Shown here piece after piece: positions 23,101 through 35,100 of a stretch of DNA of 64,000 nucleotides. Positions within the stretch are counted from its first letter, which is position 1. Each line of letters opens with the position of its first letter. Below the pieces are notes generated by a model. That model saw nothing but the letters and a program-made list of their open reading frames with translations. It had not been told where the DNA came from and did no database searches. This DNA is from Phoronis australis (lineage: Eukaryota; Animalia; Phoronida): NCBI GenBank assembly GCA_002633005.1, contig NMRA01000349.1:124001-188000 (forward strand). The letters are read 5' to 3'. Both the position numbers and the translations under genes were made by a program.

Positions 23101-26100
23101 AAATAAAATTGCACGTTTGTTCAATAAATATAGATTATTACATGGCGAAGTCGTTATCCCCCGTTATCTAGAGCCCGATGGGATTTTGGAGAATTATCGC
23201 CCGAGGGGCGTTAGCCCCGAGGGTGATAATTCCACAAAATCCACGAGGGCTCTAGATGAGAGGAATAACGACTGAGAACATGTAATAATCTATTTATTCC
23301 ACATACTGAACCAGAAACATTGCAATGAATCGATCTACCTTTCTCGACTCGCTTCGGCTTTGTAACTACTTTCTATGTCAGAGTCCCGGGGTCGGAAGTC
23401 GTGACCTTTTAAGAAAGGCCGAGATATTTTTGTCAAATAATGCTTTTACTCAAAACCAATTGAAAAATAAAACAAAATAGAAATAAAAGTGAATCTATAA
23501 CTTAAGGTGTAGCAACTATTACAGCTTACTACACATTTTATCACGCTAAGCTTCGACCGGGAATATATCTTCTGCTGAGTAGGCTACCACTAGTAACTGA
23601 CTATAATGCTCAAGTCAAAGGATCCCGACGACACGATACCTGCATTCAAATTGGAGGTCGGTGATTTACAAGTGAGAGAACACGAGAGAAAAATTTCGCT
23701 GAATTAAAATATCGTTTTTATGGAAATTATGCGTCTTATTTTTCATAGCGTATAAATGTTGGTGCAATGCCCTTTTGCTGGACATGCAATTGTTGCGCGT
23801 GCTCATTTAAGTATTCTATTTTCACGCTCGATGTCGTCAGCGTGGTGTAGTGGTAAAGTCGGCGACTCTTAACTCTTGAGGCCCGGGTTCGAATCCGACC
23901 TCGGTTTCCCGCCAAAATGTGAGGTAACTTTGTGGGTTATTACACGGTAGTATCTGCCATTCGTGGCTTATATTGTGGTATAACTCGATGTATCTGTTAG
24001 GGTTTTTACATCGCATTTTGATGATTTATTGGTGTAAAACGATGAATTCAAGCGATAATCTAACGCCGGTAAGCGTGTTGCGAACGGCTGAACAGACTGT
24101 ATTCGAACCTCTGACGTCATTGGTTAATTTCAACACCTCCGTCTGCCGTCAGGTTTCAGGTAAAAGAGCTGCACTTGCTGTTATCGAGTGGAACTACTCT
24201 ATCTAAATTTATGCAAAATAGGTTCTTGTTTTTGGGTGGCATTCTCCTTTAAACTTTACAAGTCCAGTTCATGCATTACGTCTACTTCATTTAAAGTGGA
24301 ATAGGCCGGCTCATGTATACTCAGTCGTCCGTCTGGGCATCCACAACGGTATCTCCGAAAGTTTCCACATGTGTTCTGTCTTTCACTTTTACGTAAATCG
24401 AAAACTTTGAAATGCAGGATTTCAAAAACAACTATTTTACCGTGCTAAGGGGACAAAAACTTGCTTTTACGTTTGTAGGAACTGGACAGCATCAGAAAGA
24501 ACAGGAACAATTTTGTGCGTCCAGTAGGCGTGGGTGGAGTGCAAACGTTGTGCCTGTCACATTAAATTTCGCCTGTGCCTCAACAGCATTCAAATTCGGA
24601 CAGCAAAATGTGCACATCAACGCTCTGCCTTTCTTTTGATAATTATTCCTCCCCTCTTCTATGAGCAACTTCTGCCAGAATTTCTGAAAGGAGGTTCACT
24701 TTTTCCTTTTATTTAAACCTCAAGAACAGTTTAATTTTGCAGGTAATTATAAAGAGATTTAGTCTCTTTATCCCTGATGACGTCCTTGACACGTATGGCC
24801 ATACTCTAAGAAAGATAGCATTATCCGTTTTCAAGGCAAAAGGAAAGCATTTCTTAGACATGGAGTTCAAACCTAATGGACATAATTCAAGCATCTGGGA
24901 CTCACCTCCTTTTGCATTCACTATTGAAGAAGCCAACTATCTGAGGTACAGCTATACCCTTTGGTTTAAAAAGGGCAAGAGCAAAAAAGTTTTAGATGTG
25001 GTGAAAACGAGGTCAACAGACGCATTTTATCAAGACGTCCAGGCTGATGAAAACACCTCTCGGCCATTGATATCTGAAACCTCTGTTCACCGGGATACAT
25101 TTATGTCGGAAAAGTTCGATCTCATTAAACAAAGCGAAGGCGTTAAAGGTGGTTTTTTTAATCACGTTGAAGCAATGTCTATTGATGTATCTAGGGACAC
25201 GCTGAAAGAATTTTCGATGCAGCTTGAATATTTGCATTTTCCGCACTCGATGGAGCATTATACAACCCGAAAGCAATTCATCGAATTCCTGAACTCTGTT
25301 TCGGCTCTAAATGCTGCTAAAGGGTTATTCTTTTTAACTAGCTTGTCTTTATTTAATTTCTACACCGATGGCCCAATTACATCTAACGTAACTCAAGACC
25401 TGGCTGCATCAATGGTGATGTCATTGACTGTATTTAGCCGAGAACAATTGCTTGAATCGAGGGTACATCCCATTACTGAGTTACTTCCAGCGCTTCTCAA
25501 AGCTGCGTTTGGCAAAGATGTTTCTTGGGATGTTTGTTTGATACATTTATTCCCATTTTTGTCGCTGAGCGAGAGTAAGTCTCTTAAGAAGTTTTTCAAG
25601 GGAAGGGTTTTGCTCTTTGAAACTGTCAGGCCAGCACTTCAGCATTTATGCCGTCTGTTACCTCACCATAAAGAAGCAGAGGACCTTGTGGTAACGCTTG
25701 TAAAAGACTGTGTTAATGTAAACTTGTTGATTCAAGTTGAAAACTGGTTGAACGCAGAGAAGGCCAGTATGACATATGATCAACACAGAAAATTTGTCTC
25801 CTGCATCCACAAGACTTACGTTGACCAACTGCAGATGAAGAAAGTAAATCCTCAGAACGACAAGGAGTTCGAGGAGGTGTTGAAACAGTGGCAGTACATC
25901 GTCAGAAGCATTGGTATTGTCAGTAGTGAGCTAGTGAGTGCAGCGCTAGGTCTGAGACAACTTAAACTTATCATTCAAGTCGGACGTCTTCTGAAAGAGA
26001 AAGCAGCTTGGTGCGACGAATCTGTAGCTAACAGATTTGATCGTGAGTTTAAGCATCAGTTGCGGTGTTTATTTGAGGAGGAGCTTGGACGATTGTCACA

Positions 26101-29100
26101 CATTAACGCTATACTTGACAAGTGGGTACTTTTTAAGGAAAACAGTGAACCGTGTAGCCATGAAGATGGTGCACGACTAACCAGACGAAAGATTTTCGAG
26201 GTGTGTTCAGGAATTTCGGGGAATCCGCACAAGGTGGAGCTTGACGCATTGGAAACTTTGTTATTAGATGAGATTCTGTATTCCAGCACGCCTGACTTCA
26301 TACGACTCGTGTCATATCTTGCAAGTCACTCTGGTGCTGCCCTACGAAACATGTTCATCAAGATACTTGGTAAAGTAAAGATATTTACACCAGACTTGCA
26401 CGAGTCTGCCATGACGTTTTATTCCACACAAGCGAGAGTCATAAAACGTTCTGGACACCCACTGTCTAGTAAAATTACGTATATTTACAACCAGTATTTC
26501 CAAATCGTCGACATCCCTGTTGTGAAAGAAAGTAAAGAATTTTGCCAAGAGTTAGACAACAAAGTACAGCATGACATATCTGCATTTGGTGAAGAGGCCT
26601 TGTGTTATGAAATCCCAAAATTAGAAACGATGAGCGACAAGACTCAAGAGATGTTTGAAAAGCACCTGAAGAACATCTTCATGGCGTCTTCTAGTTTTCG
26701 ATGTACAACGTTCAAGGCGGATAAAATCTACGTCTGCTCAAGGTAAGTATGGAGTCAATGTTAATCCACATAACCGGTATATCATAAATATTGCTGGGTG
26801 TAGTTCATGTACCTGGTTTTCAAGTACACACGTACTAGTACATGCAATTACAGGTGCTCTGAATAATTGCAATATTCTTAAACTGACTCTTATCTAATAT
26901 GGCAGTGTACTACGCAATATACGTGTCAATTATTTTACAGTATGCCAGAGATCACTTTTCGATTGCTCGAGTTGCTACTATCTAGATCTGCCAGTTTTCC
27001 AATCCGGCATTTGTACGTTCATTTATTAAATTTAGCCAAATTTTTCAATGCTCCGTAAATATTTTTTGGTGAGTTAATAAACCTGTTTCTGTGTACCCAT
27101 GCCCTAATTGTGTTGCTGTTCCAAAGACTATTGTTATTCGGTTCTGCCGAGTTGTTCATTGATGGCCACGTTGACAATGTGACAGCAATGACTGTTGATG
27201 ATTTTCTAGAGTAGGTTTTTACATGGTGCTACGCGATGCGCCAAAGCAAAATAGTTGCCTTAATGGTTTATTTCTAGACTGCTTACAGGGGCGGGCCCAA
27301 GTTTTGAGTTAGGGGGGCCAGAGCAGAGTATTAGCCAGGATTTTGCCCATCTGATATTCGCACCGAGAACTCCCAAATGTAATCTGGGAGAATTTTAGGG
27401 AGGCATGGCCCTCTTGCCCCCCCCCGTCTGAATGCGCCACTGGTTTATGTTCCTAAAACTTACACCTGATTATGCCCGCCCACACTATTGTGACCTCTGC
27501 TTGCATAAAATGGAACAGCGACTGACGTTCCCAGATAACGGAGTAAGAGATTTCTAAGAGTGCTATGCAAATCATGTGTTAGGACGAACAGACTTGTCAA
27601 CGCTCAACTGTCAATTTACGCAGACAAACATGATCAGCTGGAATCAGCTGCCGGGGAATGAGGTTATCGTGGAACTTAAGAATTTCTGTTTAAAGATTTT
27701 ATAGCTAAACAAATGTTGCACTAGTCTATGATTTCCAAAACATGAAAGGTGTTCGTTTTTCTCTTAGAACTTCTCAGTTCATCATTTCTTAAACGCCATT
27801 TCCTTGGAGTATTCCTTAAGAGTGGCACAGCTTCGTGGCACGTGTATCATTCAGTTATTCATTATAAGGGTTTTATTTATAACTTAAATGTTGTTACTAT
27901 TAGTTTTATCTCTCCGCATTCCCCGCTTTTATCTAGATAAAAGCATATGTAGCCCGGGTCGTAACACTCTGAAACGCTCATCAACCTCAAAAATTTGCTG
28001 ACAATTTGTAAAATCTGCTAATCTGCAATTCCGACATACACTTTATGCAGATTGACCCTGAACTGTGAGGAAATACCACGTACATGTACCAAAAACCCTA
28101 ATATCCATTATGTGACACAAAGAGTAGTGCTTTTACTAGAATCCTACTTGTATCGCTCTATGAGACACTAATGGGGCATAAGCAAGGGATAGGAGGAGGA
28201 ATAGTTGATATCCCCAAAACAAGGTATCCCTTTAGTGTCAAACCAACAGAGTGCTTGTATATGTTTCAGATTACTCCTTGTTCCGTTAGAAGCACTTTTG
28301 ACTTTTGAAAAGGTACCGTCATGTGAGCGCATTGGTGACCCTAACCTTGGACAGACTTTAACAGTCATCTTGAAACACGCCAAGTTTTGGTACAGTATCT
28401 TGTCTGCTACTGGTCAGTATGCAGTCCATCTGACAGAACACGTGAACACCAAAAAAGTGACAAATGCTCTAGTCCTTGTAATCAACAGTTTCAAGAGCTA
28501 CAGTGCCCCGGTTCATATCGCAAAATCTTTGGTAGAAATAATTGCCGCAAGTGACAAAGAATACACTTTCTTACTTCTGGAATTTATTTCAGGAAAGATT
28601 ACTAATGTTATCTCTGCGGTACAATCAGACATTGACCAGGCGTTCAGTAATATCAAGAAATTCCGTGCGTTTCAAAAAGTTTTTCTTCCGATGTACACGC
28701 AACATCCAATGTGTGATATTGTTGAGTTCTCTGACGGGTTGAACGAAATAGAAAACAAGGTGGCGAAATCAGACATGTGTACTCTGTCCGACATTCGCGA
28801 TGGGAAGCGTTTTTGGGGACGTTTTATCACTATGATAGAACAGGTATCCCTGTTGGATAAACTCAAAAGCTCCAAAGTCTTCTTGAAATATTCTAAAAGT
28901 ACTCTACTTAACGCCGACTTAAGTGTTAGAGAAACTGATGGAGGATCATCGTTTACCGAAAACGCGTTTGACGATGAAGAGATTGGTTCTGGGCTCTTCA
29001 ACTTGCATGTATTATATGATAACGAGGACAGCGAAGAGGCTGATACCGTAAACGAGGTATGTGCTGTCGAACGTGGGATACCTGTGTTGACTGTAGCTGA

Positions 29101-32100
29101 CTGTTTGACTCGTGACACATTCGACAAGTTTAAAGCTGACCTTGAACCGTTCTTTGAGGGTTGTGATGTCTCTGTTGCTCAGGTTCGTGATCTTTTTCAA
29201 TTTTGCGACCCGTTAGAAATTGAAATAGACGTCATTGAACAGTTGTTCAACCGTAAATTCCATTTCAGTGTCAGAGTGGCTCTCGCGAACTTTTTGGAAT
29301 ATGGTGACCGTATGGAACAGGTCAAAAACATTAAGGAGATGTTGAAGAATTTCAGTGTTGCTCTTTCAGAAGATGACGACTTAGACAATGCTTTGAGCTC
29401 ATTGCTCAGTTGTGCGCAGCATGAAGAAGTTACTCTGCTCCAGATAAGCACAAGTGTTCAATGCATAAAAGACCTGCTTATCAACCAAAAAGCGGACGGT
29501 ATTCTTTCTGAGCTTGCTCAGTCGAAAAACCTGATTTCCTTTATTCAGGATAATCAAGATGAAGACTTCAGAAATCTCATTGATGCAGTGGAGGAGCATT
29601 CTGATTCGTTTGTGAGGGATGCTCATGTATCTCAGCTTATTGAGGTGAAGAGGTTTCTTTATCCATTAATGCGTGTTGTAAGAGACAGAAACGGAGAAAT
29701 GCATGCCCGTGAATTTCTGGATTTTTTCATAAAGGCGTGTCGCAGCGTGCCTGACGATATGGCAAGTAAAGTTAATGGCTGCAGTGAACATTTTCATGCC
29801 CTGAAAACCCTTCACTCCAGTGTGGCTAACAGAGGTGAAATGACAAAGAGTATCATTTTGAACATTATGAAAGTAGGAAAATTTGTGTTCAATATAAAAT
29901 CTGGAGAATGTGACGTTACTGTTTCTTACACACGAGATCATCAGAAAAGGAGCTATTCTTTGCAGGAGTTATCAGACTTGAAAAGTAGAGCTTTGTTGAT
30001 TACGAATAAGGATTCCAGTGGTGGTGGCGTCGAGGATCTTGCAAGTGCAAAGATGAAAGAAACATTAAAAGAATTCATCACAGTCCATGATGCTGTGTAC
30101 AATATTGTCCAAACGTCAACTGGCCTACATAGGTCTGGTCATTTTAGCTACAGGGCATACAGCAAGAAGGTCACTCAGAGAGGAGATCTAGTACTTCTGT
30201 CGGCAGCTCTTGACCAAGACCAGAAGAACTGGGCAGTTAAACTGATGGAAGCTCGTCGGAAGTACTTTTTTTTGAATTTTGTATATTCTAGTCAAATTTG
30301 GACGCTGTTTGACTTTTTTAAAGATAAAAAAGACACACAACGAGCAAAGTACATTCTTCAGTTTATTAACCCAGGTATTACATGTGAAGACATTCAGTTG
30401 GCGCCATTCAGTTCAAATGGTGATAAACTCGACTTTGTCGGTGAGCAGCTGCATCGGGTTTTCAATGCCGCTCAAATCGTGAAACGTCCTCTAGGTTTTT
30501 CGGACTCTTCAGTGTCATTGAAGGACCTTGTCTTGCCCGGTTTACCTTTAATCATTCATCAAGCGGAAGGTAGCGTGTCCGTCGTTAAAACGGTTTTGAA
30601 AGTCTATGGTTCTCTGTCCAACTGCTACCCACAGTCACATCAGGTTTTATTTTGCTCTCCTGATTCTGAATGGGAGGAAATTCGTTTGCTCCTCTTACGA
30701 TACGTTTCTTCGAAAGTTCCCGAAGAAGTTTTCTGCGTGGCGAACGTCGAACTTCTTCCCAACGAGTTACAATTTGCCTTAGTTGACGAGGTCAAGGAGA
30801 TGATGGAACAATTCGAATTGTATGAACATCCCGTCTCGTTTCTCTGTCTTGTATGTAAAGGGTCAGCATCGCAACCTATCCTGGGTAAATTTCCAAAGCT
30901 TGTTCAGCGGATTCAGCCGTTACACGAAAAAGATGTGGAAGCCTGTCTTCAGTCGGCTTGTCCAAATGTCGTCACCGTCACGTCGACTGTACCTGGCCTT
31001 GGCAAGTCTGAGACAATACGCGACATATCGTTTGCTTGTGACAGAGTGGTGGTTCATTTTCCTATTAGTGGACCATTCAACAAACGTGACATCGTAAGGC
31101 GGTTACAGAAAGCAAATGTTACAGGTTGTTCTCTCCTACATTTAGATATCGGTGAAGTGGATTGTCCATACTTGCTGGAAATGTTTATTTTTGAACTTGT
31201 TGTATTAGGGATGGTTAGCGCGGGAACAGAGAGATTCGCTTTACCAACTGAGTATGTCTACATTGAGCTTGCAAATACAGTGAAACAAAGATTGCGCAAT
31301 GCGTTGTATGTTTGTACATGTTTCCGACGGCTGACCTTGCAGTGGGAAAACTATGATAACTTTTTGGTTTCGAAGGAGATGTCAAGTCCCGTTCAGGTAG
31401 TCTGCTATTATCTTCAAGCTCTTGAAAATGCCACGGTTGACACCCACGACATCCACTTTAGCGAATCGTCAAAATTGAAACCTTTACGGCCCGACTGTTG
31501 TCGAGATTTGTTGCGCAGATACTTGACACTTGGAGATGATATGTCATTCACAGTTGTTGAAGTCTTCCTCAACGTTTTAGCTGATCAGCTTAGAAAGTTT
31601 TCTGCTAGCCAGTTCTTTCAGGCGCATATTCTTAAGAGCATGGTTGGAGACAAGTCTAATGTGAAGAGTACGCTAGTGGAAGCGATGATAGATGTGTTCA
31701 AAAGTTTTGCAAGCAGATCAGTGAAGACCTATAGGGAAGCTCAGGCTGACGTAATTGAATCGCAGCAATCTGCGACGTTGATAAAGACCGGAAATGACAT
31801 GATTGACAGAGTTGACGGTATGATTCGGTGGGCGGACACTAATCACCTACTCGTTATATTTCATTCCCAAGACTTCAACACTGTCTCCGCATTGTACAGG
31901 AACAAAGAGGACGTTCCAAAACAAATCACAAACTTGTTTAAAACGCAGATCAAACGACCATTGCCTGACTTTGCACGTGAGAACCAAACTTCACTCCAAA
32001 CTGAATTGGAAAAAATCGTCAGGACAACTCAGTTGCCACCTACCGGCCTTCCCAAAGATTACGCCTTGACCCCTGACAATTTGCTTAAAATGGTTCTGAT

Positions 32101-35100
32101 ATTTTTAAGGATCAAAGCAGGCGTGCCAGTTCTTATCATGGGCGAAACCGGATGTGGCAAAACTAGCCTAATAACGTATCTTGCGAAAACAACAGGTTGT
32201 TATTTAGAGATCTTCAATATTCACGCAGGTATTCAACAGGAAACCGTATTGGAAAGAGTGAAGGTGATGCATCACAAGGCTCAGAGTAATCCTCAACTTC
32301 AGTATTGGCTGTTCATGGATGAAATCAATACTTGTGACCACCTTGGCCTTATAAGTGAAATACTTTGTCATCGTACGTTTCTCGGACATGCTATTGCCTC
32401 AAATCTAATTATGTTAGCTGCCTGTAATCCATACAAAGCTCGAAACGACGACAAGATTTTGACTTCGGGACTTGAAGGAAAAGTGAAGACAGATACACGC
32501 TCCAATCTAGTGTATAGGGTTCTCCCATTGCCTGAGTCGATGATTGATTATGTTTGGGACTATGGGTCGCTTAACGAAAGTGATGAAAAGGCGTACATAA
32601 CCAGAATGGTAAACAGTGTTTTCCCAGGCAACAAGGAACTGTTAACGGACCTGCTGTCGTCATCTCAAGACTTTACGAGAAGCTATGAAAGTAACAATTG
32701 GTGTGTTAGCCTTAGAGACGTGAAACGTTGCATATCTCTATGCGACTGGTTTTTGCATTACTATATGGTGAAGAAGTATGAACATGACAAGGAGAATGAA
32801 CCAACCAAATCTGTGGTGTCACGAAATTCTATTATACTTTCACTGGCGCATTGCTACTATTCTCGTTTACCAACGTCTGAAGCTCGAATTTTGTTTTGTG
32901 ATAGAATAGCGGAGATTTTCTGGAAGCACGGAACGAAAGTTAATAGCGATGTCGTTCGGCAGATAATCAGGAAAGAGCAAAGGGACTTGGTGGATAAAAT
33001 GGACCTACCTGAAAGCACTGCTAAGAACACAGCTTTGTGTGAGAATGTATTTGTTATTCTCGTTTGTATTTTGAACAAAATCCCTATATTCGTTGTTGGA
33101 AAGCCGGGTTGTAGCAAATCTCTATCTGTGCAACTGCTACGAAGTAATCTTCGTGGCCCGGATTCGCGGAACGACTTTTTCAAGTCATTGCCGCATATGT
33201 ACGTTGTGTCCTATCAAGGTTCAGAATCGTCGACGTCCGAAGGTATTATCAAGGTGTTTGACAAGGCGAAGCGATACAAAGAAAGCAACAAGACAGATGA
33301 GGTGCTACCTGTTGTGTTGCTAGACGAGATAGGACTGGCTGAACAGTCAAAGTCAAACCCACTGAAAGTATTGCACAGTCTGTTGGAACCAGTTGGTGGA
33401 AATCTTCCAGACGTTGCCGTTGTAGGGATCTCAAACTGGGCTTTAGACGCCGCAAAAATGAATCGTGCCATTCACCTTTCACGCCCTGAGCCCGATCAAG
33501 CTGAACTATACGACACTGCCCACTCCATTTCTACGTATGTTGAGCTGGACACATCGTTCAGTTTATTGGGTGGTGGTCAGGATCCAGTTGTATCACGATT
33601 AACTGAAGAGGAGCTACAAGCTGTTTCAAAAGCTTACTTCGAGTACCAAAGAAACCAAACCCATCGTAATTTCCATGGACTTCGAGACTATTATTCTCTC
33701 ATCAAGTACTTGAGCAAGAATTCAAATGGAAATTTGGACATCGAACTTTGGAAAAAGGGCCTGCTTCGCAATTTCGGCGGCCTTACCTTTGAAACTCACA
33801 CAATCGTGAACAAGTTTCTCTCTTTTGTCAATCCAGTGGAAAAATGTGAAGCAGAAATTCCTGTGAAGGAGCTCGTACAAGAAAATGTGAATGACACATC
33901 GGCCCGACATCTCATGTTGATCACGCATGGAGACTCTGCTCTTGACATTCTGGAAAATTTCATCAATCTCCAAAATCGACAGCATGAAATAATTTTTGGA
34001 AGCAAATTTGAAGAAGACCTGTCTGAGGACTATAACTACAGAATGCTTAGTAGAATCATCTTGTGCATGGAACAAGGTGTTATACTTGTACTGAGAGACT
34101 TAGAAAACATTTATGGAAGTCTTTATGACATGCTTAACCAAAATTATTCCTTTGTTGGAAGCGAAAAGCGAAAGCATTGCAGAATTGCCCTGGGTCCTTA
34201 CAGCAACCCAATGTGCTTTGTGCACGATGAGTTCAGGTGTGTGGTGCTTGTTGACCTAAATAAAGTAGATTATTCGGACCCACCGTTCCTGAACAGGTTT
34301 GAAAAACAGCTTCTTACCTTTAAGGACATCCTAACTCGACGGCAGAGTGACGTAATTCAAAGGCTTGATGATTGGTTCAAAGGAATGTGCACTATTCCTA
34401 ATCTCACGGATCTCTTTAACGAGAGCAGTGCGCTTGTTGGTTTTTGCACGGACCTGCTGCCGTCGTTGGTCCTGCACGTTTTCCCGAACTCTGACTGCAG
34501 TGAAGAGGGACAAAGCGAATTTCGACAAGCCGAAGTGCTGGACAAATGCAAGCAGGAACTCATGTGGATTTATTCACCTGATGGTATGCTGAGGGCTTCT
34601 AAGTCAGTTCTTTCTTCAGAAAATGAAGACGAAGTTCTTAAGTGGCAACAGTGCTATTTTCAGCTTCCTATCCACAACGGGCTTCGAAGTTTTTTGTCTG
34701 CTGTCCACGCTGACCAGGTCGGCTCTTGGACGTCTGATGAAACCGGGTTCAAAATCATCGTGTACACGCGTTCGAATATAATGTTTGATGTGCAAGACTG
34801 TGCTAAAGAACTTTACTCTTGTCAAGTAGAAAAGTTAAGCGTATTCAAGTCTGAAAAACAACTTACCAACCGAATCAGTCAATTTTGGAGCAATGATAAG
34901 GACTTGTTGGTATTACAATGTAAACCTTCGTCAGATAGTCAGCACATTTTACTTGCAAAATCCATAATCGACAGGCACAGGGCTGACTACAAAAAGATGG
35001 AAACTGAGAATCGGAAGCATGTTGTTATAGTAGTACACTTGGACAAAGAGAACGTGGATGGGTGGCAGTTTAATTACTTGAGCGGTTGGAAACTTGTCAA

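Larger units (their letters stand above)
21461..24248 (+). mobile_element. Same Kolobok-type family (copy C) with nested insertion
   Basis: TTAA on both sides; perfect 15-bp TIR AGGAGAATGCCACCC; THAP remnant FFRFPRKPIMLWKWLAVV...LRVC; about 850-bp insert at 23125-23980. Confidence 0.8.

Noticed and set aside
23838-23914. Functional tRNA-Lys gene
   Set aside because: A/B boxes are present but acceptor and anticodon stems do not pair properly, and it lies within a nested TE.
28205-28269. TTG start of the 3921-aa ORF as the protein start (prokaryote-style single gene)
   Set aside because: The region is intronic; a phase-matched acceptor at 28269 links to upstream exons and the locus is clearly spliced.
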